From Woeseiaceae bacterium (lineage in GTDB: Bacteria > Pseudomonadota > Gammaproteobacteria > Steroidobacterales > Woeseiaceae): a DNA stretch of 64,000 nt. Positions 37,636-46,116 of the stretch are shown here, piece after piece. Location: the NCBI GenBank assembly GCA_041601995.1, contig JBFIHC010000001.1, positions 31,468 through 95,467 on the forward strand, given 5' to 3'. The position numbers and the translations under genes were made by a program. How positions within the stretch are numbered: the first letter of the stretch is position 1; each line of letters opens with the position of its first letter. A model generated the notes under the pieces. It was not told where the DNA came from. It searched no databases and saw nothing but the letters and a program-made list of their open reading frames with translations.

Positions 37636-39117
37636 ATGAATCAGCCCACCAAGAAACCCATCGGAATATCGGGCCTTGCCGCCTACGTGCCGCCCTATCG
37701 CGTGTGGCTCGAGGACTGGTGCGAGTGGACCGGCGGGCACTGGCCCAAGCTGCGCGAAGTCGTGGGGCGCAGTTTCCGCATGCGCGGGCCCAACCACAGC
37801 GTCTATACCATGGCGGCGACAGCCGTCATGCGCCTGATCGAGCAATACGAGGTGGACCCGACGCGCGTCAAGTTCCTGGGGCTTGGCACCGAATCGAGCA
37901 CCGACAACTCGGCCGGCTCGATCATTATAAAAGGCATGGTCGACAGGGCTCTGGAGGCTCGCGGCCTGCCGCCGATCTCGCGCAGCTGCGAGGTGCCCGA
38001 GTTCAAGCATGCCTGCCTGGGCGGCGTTTACGGCATGAAGGGCGCGATCCGGCACCTCGCACTCGATGGCGCCGGCGGCCAGGCAATCGTGGTCTGCGCG
38101 GATATCGCCGAATACGCCCGCGGCTCCAGCGGCGAACCCACCCAGGGCGCAGGCGCGGTGGCGATGCTGCTGGAGGAAGACCCGAAGCTCGCGGTCGTCG
38201 ATCTCGTCGGCTCCGGCTCCGCGTCCGATTACCGCATCATGGACTTCCGCAAGCCGATGGTGCGCTTCTGCGGCCAGGACCGTTCCGAGTCGCACCATAT
38301 CCAGGACTTTCCGGTCTTCAACGGCAAATACTCGACGACCTGCTACGTCGACGAGACGCTGCATGCGCTGGCCGACATGTACGAGAAGCGCCGGCTGAGC
38401 CCCGGCAAATACCTGCGTTCACTGCGCACCGTGTTCATGCACCGGCCCTATCGCCGCATGCCCGAGACCGGGTGGGCGATTTCCTACCTGTTCGCCCTCG
38501 GCCACGGCGGCGCCGACGACCACGCCGAACTCGCTTCCTATTGCGATGGAGCCGGCGTTGATCCACAGGCCGTACTGGACGAAATGCACGCCAGCCCGCG
38601 TGTCGCGAAGCTCGCTCATCCGGAGCGCCTGCAGTACGAAGCCTACCCCCTGACGATGGCCGTCCTGCGCGCGTTCCGTGCCTCGGAGAGTTACAGCCGG
38701 GAGATCCTCGACAAGCTCGCGCTGGGCAGCAAGATGATGCGCGACCTGGGCAACCTCTACACCGCCGCCCTGCCCGCATGGATGGCAGCGGGATTCGAGC
38801 AGGCGCTGGCGGAAGATCTCCTCAGTGCGGGTGAAGAAGTGCTGACGCTCGGCTACGGCAGTGGCGATGCCGCCGAAGTCATTCCGTTTTTCATGGCCGA
38901 TGGCTGGCGCGAGGCTACCGCGGCAATACGCTTCGGCGATGCCATGCAGCATGCCGTCGACATCACGTTCGAGCAGTACGAGGCCCTGCACGCCGGGCGC
39001 CGCGCTCCCGGTCTCGATTACCTGCCTGTCAACGAGTTTGTTATCGATCGCGTCGGTCGCTCGGACGACCGTCACTTCAGTGATCTCGGGATCGAGTATT
39101 ACAAGTACGTCGGTTGA
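37636..39117 (+). CDS. mvaS: Hydroxymethylglutaryl-CoA synthase (long form)
   Basis: About 493 aa from ATG 37636. Thiolase-fold initiation-enzyme pattern with GLGTESSTDNS and active-site Cys context EFKHACLGGVYG. Located in the mevalonate gene cluster. Confidence 0.8.
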   Translation: MNQPTKKPIGISGLAAYVPPYRVWLEDWCEWTGGHWPKLREVVGRSFRMRGPNHSVYTMAATAVMRLIEQYEVDPTRVKFLGLGTESSTDNSAGSIIIKGMVDRALEARGLPPISRSCEVPEFKHACLGGVYGMKGAIRHLALDGAGGQAIVVCADIAEYARGSSGEPTQGAGAVAMLLEEDPKLAVVDLVGSGSASDYRIMDFRKPMVRFCGQDRSESHHIQDFPVFNGKYSTTCYVDETLHALADMYEKRRLSPGKYLRSLRTVFMHRPYRRMPETGWAISYLFALGHGGADDHAELASYCDGAGVDPQAVLDEMHASPRVAKLAHPERLQYEAYPLTMAVLRAFRASESYSREILDKLALGSKMMRDLGNLYTAALPAWMAAGFEQALAEDLLSAGEEVLTLGYGSGDAAEVIPFFMADGWREATAAIRFGDAMQHAVDITFEQYEALHAGRRAPGLDYLPVNEFVIDRVGRSDDRHFSDLGIEYYKYVG

Positions 39118-39136
39118 TTGAAGACGGACCGGGATT

Positions 39137-39724
39137 TCACCGCGGCGGATATTCCGCGCACGTATAAGCATCGAGCAGGCCCGCATGCTCGCTGCGCAGG
39201 GCATCCCATTCCAGTTTGAACCAGGGCGTGAATCGCTCGGGATCCTGCGCCAGTTCCGCATCCAGCCTCTCGGCACTCACGAAGCGAATCGCCGCAATCT
39301 CCTCCGCATTCGGCCGCACATCGTCACCAATGCGGCCCAGAAAAACGTGGCAAAGCTCATGCTCTGAGCCGAGGTCCTTGTATGAGGCCTGGTAGCGGAA
39401 TCTGTAAACGAACCGGAGATCGGCCGCGAGATTCAGCTCCTCGTCGAGGCGACGCGCGGTTGCGATGGCCATCGATTCGCCCTGCCGCGGATGGCTGCAG
39501 CAACTGTTCGACCAGAAACCCGGCCACAGGCGCTTCGAGGACGCTCGCTGCTGCAACAGCAGTTCGCCCGAAGTGTTGAACAGGAACGCCGAGAACGCTC
39601 GGTGCAGGACGCCGTCACCATCGTGGCATGCGGCTTTCGACAGCTGGCCCTGCTCCCTGTCGTTCTCGTCGACCAGTATCAGTCTTTCGTCATCCGACGA
39701 AACCACACGGTTTACGTTTTCCAA
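39137..39724 (-). CDS. idi: Isopentenyl-diphosphate delta-isomerase, type 1 (Nudix)
   Basis: 195 aa. LHRAFSAFLFN, LLLQQRASSKRLWPGFWSNSCCSHP, HELCHVF motifs. Confidence 0.9.
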   Translation of the reverse strand: MENVNRVVSSDDERLILVDENDREQGQLSKAACHDGDGVLHRAFSAFLFNTSGELLLQQRASSKRLWPGFWSNSCCSHPRQGESMAIATARRLDEELNLAADLRFVYRFRYQASYKDLGSEHELCHVFLGRIGDDVRPNAEEIAAIRFVSAERLDAELAQDPERFTPWFKLEWDALRSEHAGLLDAYTCAEYPPR

Positions 39725-41940
39725 TGAATTTCCCTGCTGCAGTTGAGATCGATCGTGGAATAGCCGGCAGAACGCAACGCCGTGACAACCTCTTTCACGC
39801 TACCCGGGCAGACCGCGACGATCGATCCACCGCCGCCCGCCCCTGTCAGCTTCGCTCCCGCCGCACCCGCCCTGCGCGCGATATCGACCATACGTTCCAG
39901 CTCCGGCGTCGACACGCCGAGCGCGTTGAGCAATCCCTGGCAGATGTTCATGAGTTTTCCGAGTTCGTCGTAGTCGCCCGCGACCAGCGCCTTCGCCCCG
40001 GCGACGCTCAACGCATCGATCTGGTCGAAGATCGCGTCGAACGCAGCGGGCTGCGCGTCGTGGCGTTTGCGAACGCCGGCAACCTGCTCGTGGGTGACGC
40101 CCGGCTGCTGGCTGCAGGCGATCACGATGGGCGGTCGGTCCGCCAGCTCCAGTGGCTCGACAACGAACGACTCGCGCCTGCAGAAAAGCATGGGGCGGGC
40201 GAAGGTGGCCAGGGTATTGTCGACACCCGACGGATTGCCGTGCGCCAGCTTCTCGCACTCGAAGGCGATCTCGTTGACACGGTCGTCGTCGAGCGACAAA
40301 CCGAGCAGTGTGTCGAATGCCCGCACGATCGCGACTGCGAACGCTGCGGAAGAGCCAAGCCCCATTCCGCGCGGCAGCGCTGACCGCACGCGGATCGAGA
40401 AGCCTTCCCGGCCAACACCGAGGTTTTCGAGAATTCGGCGCACGGCCGCGTCGACCCCGTCACCATCCGCCGAGATGTCGCGGGTCAACCCCCAGTCCGG
40501 GACCTCGAGCGTGAGGCTCGCCGCCTCCTCGACGGTCGCCGTAACCCCGCCCGCAATCGGCAGCGCGAGCGCGTGCCTGCCGTACACGGCCGCATGCTCC
40601 CCGAGAAGTATGACCTTGCCGGCGGCCACGCCCATTGGCGTATCGTCTTTCGGCCGCTGCTGTTTTAGTTCTGCTGCGATTTCGCGTGCGCGCGTCTCGC
40701 TGATTTCTCGGCCGGCGATCAGCTTCTCGACGGCCTCTTCGAAACGGTCGCCGCCGATGCCGGTTGCAGCAACCAGGCTGCGCGCATGCAGGCGCATGTG
40801 GCCCTTCTGTATGCCGCTCGTCGCAAGCGCGCGCAGCGCGGCGAAATTCTGCGCAAGCCCGACCGCCGCCATCAGTTGCGCCAGCTCGACCGCGGATTCG
40901 ACGCCCGCGATCCGCAGTCCCAGCGCGGCCGCCGGGTTCGCCGCGAGCGTTCCGCCGACCGTGCCGACCTTCAGCGGTACCCGGATCTCGCCAACGAGCT
41001 CACCTGCAGCGCCTGCGCTCCAGCGGGACAGCGGTTGGTACTGGCCGTCGATGGACGCATACGCGTGTGCACCGGCTTCTATCGCGCGCCAGTCGTTTCC
41101 GGTGGCGATCGCGACGGCATCGATGCCGTTCATGATGCCCTTGTTGTGCGTCGCCGCCCGGTAGGGGTCCGCAGCGGCGATATCACTGGTCATGACGATC
41201 GCGTCGCGGACGGCCTCGCCGTCGAGATCGTCGGCGGCCAGCCGTTCGGCCGGGTAGCTTACCCGCGCGGTCACGATCGACCGGTCGGCCAGGTTCGACA
41301 GGATACGCATCGCAACCTTGCCGCCGCTGATAGCCGCAATGCGCGGCGCGAGCGCTTCGCAGATCGTGTTGACGATATTCGCGCCCATGGCATCCCTCGT
41401 GTCAACGAGCAGGTGCACCGCGAGCGCAGCATCTCCGCCCGGCAGCGAAAGCCGCCGCACTTCGAGGTCGCGGACGCCGCCGCCTCTCTTGCCGAGGCGC
41501 GGGTGCACCGCGTTTGCGGCGGCGAGCAGTTCGTCCGCCGCAGCGCCGATGCGGCGGGCTGCCGTTTCGATATCCGCGATGTCCGTTACGTGGACCTGTC
41601 CGGCCAGCAACGATTCGTCGCAGCGCGCATCGAAACCGCCACTCTTGCGGGCGAGCGCCGCGGCAAAACTCAGTCCCGCGACGATCGAAGGCTCCTCGAC
41701 AACCATGGGCGCCAGGCGGCCGGTTCCGTTAACGACGAAATTGGGCACGATGGCGAACGGCAGCCCGAACACGCCAATGACGTTCTCGATGATCTTGTCC
41801 GCGGCCGCGGGCAGCAGCACATGGCAGCCATCACGCAATGCCTCAGCGTCGGCAGCCGACAGCAGGCCGTGTTGTTCGAGCCGGTCGATGCGCTGCCGGA
41901 TGGTCAGCCGGTAGAATCCGGATATCGGGGAATTGTTCAC
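39712..41940 (-). CDS. Bifunctional fusion: class II HMG-CoA reductase (N-terminal, about 430 aa) and mevalonate kinase (C-terminal, about 305 aa)
   Basis: Single uninterrupted 742-aa ORF. HMGR motifs: ENVIGVFGLP, EEPSIVAG, DAMGANIVN, GTVGG, GHMRLHARS. MVK GHMP motifs: GKVILLGEHAAVYG, GMGLGSSAAFAVA, KLTGAGGGGSIVA. Confidence 0.88.
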   Translation of the reverse strand: MNNSPISGFYRLTIRQRIDRLEQHGLLSAADAEALRDGCHVLLPAAADKIIENVIGVFGLPFAIVPNFVVNGTGRLAPMVVEEPSIVAGLSFAAALARKSGGFDARCDESLLAGQVHVTDIADIETAARRIGAAADELLAAANAVHPRLGKRGGGVRDLEVRRLSLPGGDAALAVHLLVDTRDAMGANIVNTICEALAPRIAAISGGKVAMRILSNLADRSIVTARVSYPAERLAADDLDGEAVRDAIVMTSDIAAADPYRAATHNKGIMNGIDAVAIATGNDWRAIEAGAHAYASIDGQYQPLSRWSAGAAGELVGEIRVPLKVGTVGGTLAANPAAALGLRIAGVESAVELAQLMAAVGLAQNFAALRALATSGIQKGHMRLHARSLVAATGIGGDRFEEAVEKLIAGREISETRAREIAAELKQQRPKDDTPMGVAAGKVILLGEHAAVYGRHALALPIAGGVTATVEEAASLTLEVPDWGLTRDISADGDGVDAAVRRILENLGVGREGFSIRVRSALPRGMGLGSSAAFAVAIVRAFDTLLGLSLDDDRVNEIAFECEKLAHGNPSGVDNTLATFARPMLFCRRESFVVEPLELADRPPIVIACSQQPGVTHEQVAGVRKRHDAQPAAFDAIFDQIDALSVAGAKALVAGDYDELGKLMNICQGLLNALGVSTPELERMVDIARRAGAAGAKLTGAGGGGSIVAVCPGSVKEVVTALRSAGYSTIDLNCSREIHWKT

Positions 41941-42929
41941 GATAGGTCGTCGTCGTGCAGCATCGCGCCGCGAGGATCGATAGTCAGCGCGAGTCGCGCA
42001 AATCCGCAGCGTGCTGCCACATCCCCGAATGATGCCAGCGATGCCCTGTCCGCCGCCAGCGCGACCCCGATGTCGCCGCCGCCCGCCCCGCAGGGTTTGT
42101 AGACCACGCCCTCGCCCGTCGCCAGTTCCGCCAGGGATTCGTGTCCCGCATCGAATATACCAAGGTCATGAACCCCGTCGAAGCGCAGCAAGGCCCGGGT
42201 GTAGTCGCGGGTTGCTGCGAGAACGGATGCGGCATCGCCACTCCCGAACGCGGCCGCAACCGCCGTCGACGCGCTGCTCAGCGCGCTGCGCGAGGTGCTG
42301 TCCGGCTGGTTCGCGAAGCGCGCGAGCCTGGCGCGTGTACCGGCAGCGACACCGCTCCACAGCGCGCTGAAGTGCAGGCCGGCCGGCCACTGCAGTGGCT
42401 TCGACTGCTGCCTCGCCATGCCGTATTCGATTACCCCGCCGGCGATACTGCAGGCAATGTCAATCCCGCTGCCCGAGCCACCCTGAAACTGCCGATGCGC
42501 CGCATGCGCAACCTTTGTCGCGCTCTCTCCGCCCAGCGAATCCAGCGCGGTTGCCAGCGCGGTCGTCAGTGCGGCGCTCGACCCCAGCCCGATCTTGCTG
42601 CCGCTGCCGGGATCGCGGAATGCCTCGGTGTCGAGGGAAATCGCCAGTGAAGCGTCGGCGCCGACGGGCCGCGACGCATTCCAGACCGCTTCGAACAGCC
42701 CGAAGTCGCGGCCGTCGCCCATCCAGGTCACCTTACCCGCCGCCGCGCTGAAGCGCCCGATGGCGGACGTGAACCCGGGGGCCCGCACGACATGGTGTTC
42801 TGCATCGTGCGGTTCGATCACCACGACCGCACGACGATCGACGGCCACGCAGATCGCCGGAGCGCCGTCCAGCACCGCGTACTCTCCCGACAGCACGAAC
42901 TTGCCGGGCGCGCTCGCCACAATCCGCAT
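41937..42929 (-). CDS. Phosphomevalonate kinase (GHMP family, ERG8 type)
   Basis: Start at ATG 42929 (MRIVASAPGKFVLSGEYAVLDG), overlapping the mvaD stop by 1 nt. GLGSSAALTTA and KPCGAGGGDIG motifs. Confidence 0.8.
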   Translation of the reverse strand: MRIVASAPGKFVLSGEYAVLDGAPAICVAVDRRAVVVIEPHDAEHHVVRAPGFTSAIGRFSAAAGKVTWMGDGRDFGLFEAVWNASRPVGADASLAISLDTEAFRDPGSGSKIGLGSSAALTTALATALDSLGGESATKVAHAAHRQFQGGSGSGIDIACSIAGGVIEYGMARQQSKPLQWPAGLHFSALWSGVAAGTRARLARFANQPDSTSRSALSSASTAVAAAFGSGDAASVLAATRDYTRALLRFDGVHDLGIFDAGHESLAELATGEGVVYKPCGAGGGDIGVALAADRASLASFGDVAARCGFARLALTIDPRGAMLHDDDLS

Positions 42930-43891
42930 CAGCCGCCGCTCACTGCTATCGCGCCCGATCCGATGCCGCTCACGAGTACGGTCTCGACGCCGTCGGTATC
43001 CGACAGGGCGTCGACGATGCGTTTCTCGTCCTCGGGCTGGCAAATCACCTTGACCTGCGGCCCTGCGTCGATCGTAAAGAACGCGGCGGCACCCTGCGCC
43101 TGGAGTTCACGTACGCGTTCGAGGCATGCGAGCGTCGCCGCATTCCAGTACACCACGGGAGGCCGCGACGCCCACATGACCGAGTGCATCTTCAGGCAGT
43201 TGTGCTCGGCGATGCTGGCCAGCTTGCCGAAGTCCCGGACGGCAATCGCATCCCTCGCCGTCGCGAGATCCATGTCCTGCTCCTCGATCCAGCGCGAATA
43301 GAAGGGTGAGGTCCTGCGGCTGATCTCCATGGCCTCGCCGGAGCTGACAGGCTTCGGCGCCTTCGATGTGACTGCGGCCACGACTCGCAGCGGCCAGCTC
43401 TTGCCATCGAGTATCGTGGCCACGTCGATGCCGTTCGGAACATTGCGAAGTTCGACGAAACCGCCGTACAGTGAGCGCGCCGCGGACCCCGACGCTCGTC
43501 CGGCCATGCCGGCCAGCCCGTCAACGGACGTTTCGCGACCGCCGGCCGCGGCAGCAGCAACCACCAGGGCGGCGAAGGAAGAAGCGGACGACGCCAGACC
43601 GGCCGCGATCGGAAAATTGCTCTCACTCATCACTCGCGCCCGCAGGCGGTCGGCGCCGAGCACGTAATCGAGACAACGGGCAACCCTCGGCAGCATGGAA
43701 CGGGCCGCGCGCCCATTGACCTCCAGTTCGTCGTGATCGAGCGCACCGTCGAGTGCGACCTCCATCGTGGTGTAAAGCTCGTCGAGCGTCACCGAGATCG
43801 AACCCACGGCAGGAAGGTTGCGCTGACTGTCGCGTTTCCCCCAGTACTTGATGAGCGCGATATTGGGTTGGGCTCTCGCGGTTGCCCTCAT
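42929..43891 (-). CDS. mvaD: Diphosphomevalonate decarboxylase
   Basis: 320 aa. ARAQPNIALIKYWGKRD, GLASSASSFAAL motifs. Confidence 0.9.
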   Translation of the reverse strand: MRATARAQPNIALIKYWGKRDSQRNLPAVGSISVTLDELYTTMEVALDGALDHDELEVNGRAARSMLPRVARCLDYVLGADRLRARVMSESNFPIAAGLASSASSFAALVVAAAAAGGRETSVDGLAGMAGRASGSAARSLYGGFVELRNVPNGIDVATILDGKSWPLRVVAAVTSKAPKPVSSGEAMEISRRTSPFYSRWIEEQDMDLATARDAIAVRDFGKLASIAEHNCLKMHSVMWASRPPVVYWNAATLACLERVRELQAQGAAAFFTIDAGPQVKVICQPEDEKRIVDALSDTDGVETVLVSGIGSGAIAVSGG

Positions 43892-43972
43892 GATGCTGGA
43901 TTCCGGCGTGATCGAGGCAGACAGGACAGCGGATTATAGCCCAGAGAGGGTTGCGCTCCGGCAACGGAAAAA

Positions 43973-44899
43973 GTGTACGCTACAGGGCCGATCAATCGCC
44001 AGCCGAACGCGGTGCCGGACAACTTCGAACAACGCATCCCCCACTACGTCCGCCGTGTCGAGGCAACGCTCGATCGCGTGCTGCCGGGCAGCGACGTCAA
44101 ACCGAGTCGCCTGCACGAGGCAATGCGCTACGCGATCTTCAACGGTGGCAAACGGGTACGTCCGCTGCTGGTCTACGCCGCCGGCGAGTCCCTCGGCGTC
44201 CCGGAATCGCTGCTCGATGCGCCGGCTGCCGCGATCGAACTCATCCATGCGTTCTCACTGGTGCATGACGATCTCCCGGCCATGGACGACGACGATTTGC
44301 GCCGCGGCTTGCCGACCCTGCACCGCAAGTTCGACGAGGCAACGGCCATTCTCGCCGCCGACGCCATGCAGCCACTCGCGTTTGCCGTGCTCTCCAGTAT
44401 CGACGGCGCCGCCGGCGAGGTGTGCGCGCGCCTGGTGAAACTGGTCGCCGATGCCTGCGGCTCCACGGGCATGACCGGCGGTCAGTCGATGGACCTGGGC
44501 GCGGAGGGCCGGTCGCTGGATGCGGCCGAGCTCGAGCACATGTTTGCGCTCAAGACGGGCGCGCTGATACACGCCTCTGTTATGTCGGCATGCGTGCTGG
44601 CGGAGCCGGTTTCGCGCGAATACCCCGCCGCACTGGACGGCTTCGGGCGCACGATCGGACTCGCGTTCCAGATTCGTGACGACCTGCTGGACGTGGAGGG
44701 CGAGACCGCGGACATCGGCAAGCCCGCGGGTTCCGACCTGCGCCTGAACAAGGCGACCTATCCCGCCCTGTTCGGTATAGACGCGTCGCGTCGCCGCTGC
44801 GACCAGCTGCTTGCAGAAGGCCTCGGTTACCTGGAAGCGCTGCCCGACGCCGCGGCGCTCGGATGGCTGGCACGCTTCATCGTCGACCGGGGCAAGTGA
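43973..44899 (+). CDS. ispA: (2E,6E)-farnesyl diphosphate synthase / polyprenyl synthetase
   Basis: GGKRVRPLLV, first DDxxD (HDDLPAMDDDDLRRG), second DDxxD (FQIRDDLLD). The start is uncertain: GTG 43973 or GTG 44012. Confidence 0.9.
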   Translation: MYATGPINRQPNAVPDNFEQRIPHYVRRVEATLDRVLPGSDVKPSRLHEAMRYAIFNGGKRVRPLLVYAAGESLGVPESLLDAPAAAIELIHAFSLVHDDLPAMDDDDLRRGLPTLHRKFDEATAILAADAMQPLAFAVLSSIDGAAGEVCARLVKLVADACGSTGMTGGQSMDLGAEGRSLDAAELEHMFALKTGALIHASVMSACVLAEPVSREYPAALDGFGRTIGLAFQIRDDLLDVEGETADIGKPAGSDLRLNKATYPALFGIDASRRRCDQLLAEGLGYLEALPDAAALGWLARFIVDRGK

Positions 44900-44903
44900 C
44901 GCG

Positions 44904-46064
44904 ATGACCGGTCGCGTCATACTGCATGTCGACATGGATGCGTTCTATGCGTCCGTCGAGCAGCGCGATAATCCCGGACTGCGCGGCAAACCGGTCGTCG
45001 TGGGCGGCGGGACCAACCGCGGTGTCGTCGCGGCCGCGAGCTACGAATCCCGCGAGTTCGGCATTCGTTCCGCGATGCCGATGGCGGAAGCCCGCAGGCG
45101 TTGCCCGGACCTCGTGCGCGTTGCGCCGCGCATGGCCCATTACCAGTCCGTGTCGCGGGAGATCTTTGCCGTCTTCCGCGAGTTTACGCCACTCGTGGAG
45201 GGGCTTTCGCTCGACGAGGCATTCCTGGACGTAACATCGAGCCGCCGCCTTTTCGGGACGGGGCGCAGCATTGCTGAAGCCATCAAGGAGAGGATTCATG
45301 AGCGCACCGCGCTGACGGCCTCGGTCGGCGTTGCCCCGAACAAGCTGGTTGCAAAGATCGCCTCGGATCTCGACAAGCCGGACGGCCTCGTTGTCGTCGC
45401 GCCGGAGCGGATTCACGAGGTGCTGGATCCGCTGCCGGTCTCCGTCATTCCCGGCATCGGCAGGCGCACCCTCGCCCGGCTGCACGCGCTCGGCGTACAC
45501 CGGATCGCCGACCTGCGGCGTGCACCGGACCACGACCTCGAACCGGTATTCGGGCGATTCACGCGCAAAACGCGCGAGCGCGCCGCCGGGATTGACGATC
45601 GGCCGGTCGTCACCTCGCGCGCCGAAAAATCCATCAGCAACGAGCAGACCTACGAGACCGACCTTCGCGATCGCGCGGCGATGGAGCGCCAGATCCTGCG
45701 GCTGGCGGAACGCACCGCCGGGCGTTTGCGCAAGGCGACGCTGGCGGCCGGTACTGTGCAGGTCAAGATACGGCGTTCCGACTTCAGGACGTTTACACGC
45801 CAGAAACGCCTGCAGCCGCCTGGAAACGGCACCGACCAGATCTACGCCGTCGCGCGCAAGTTGCTGGCTGGCTGGCTGAGCGAGAACCCGGGCGCACCGG
45901 TCCGGCTGCTCGGCGTCGGATGCAGCGCGCTCGTGCCGGCGGACCAGCCGGACCTGTTTGGCGACGGCGATGCCGGCCATGCGCCGGACTTCGATCGGGC
46001 CGTCGACGAGATTCGCGACCGCTTCGGCAGCGGCGCCGTGTCTCGCGCCAGGACCTTGGATTGA
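44904..46064 (+). CDS. dinB: DNA polymerase IV (Y-family)
   Basis: Start at ATG 44904. ILHVDMDAFYASVEQRDNP, SLDEAFLDVT, VGVAPNKLVAKIASD motifs. Confidence 0.93.
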   Translation: MTGRVILHVDMDAFYASVEQRDNPGLRGKPVVVGGGTNRGVVAAASYESREFGIRSAMPMAEARRRCPDLVRVAPRMAHYQSVSREIFAVFREFTPLVEGLSLDEAFLDVTSSRRLFGTGRSIAEAIKERIHERTALTASVGVAPNKLVAKIASDLDKPDGLVVVAPERIHEVLDPLPVSVIPGIGRRTLARLHALGVHRIADLRRAPDHDLEPVFGRFTRKTRERAAGIDDRPVVTSRAEKSISNEQTYETDLRDRAAMERQILRLAERTAGRLRKATLAAGTVQVKIRRSDFRTFTRQKRLQPPGNGTDQIYAVARKLLAGWLSENPGAPVRLLGVGCSALVPADQPDLFGDGDAGHAPDFDRAVDEIRDRFGSGAVSRARTLD

Positions 46065-46116
46065 TCGTTAATAAGGTAGAATCGAGCGCTGTTCGGCACG
46101 GTCGTTGGACCTAGTC

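Noticed and set aside
44840-44904. A possible LexA box upstream of dinB
   Set aside because: I looked for CTGT-N8-ACAG in the 3' end of ispA and in the 4-nt gap before dinB and found none. dinB appears co-transcribed with ispA. I could not scan the whole window computationally, so boxes elsewhere may have been missed.
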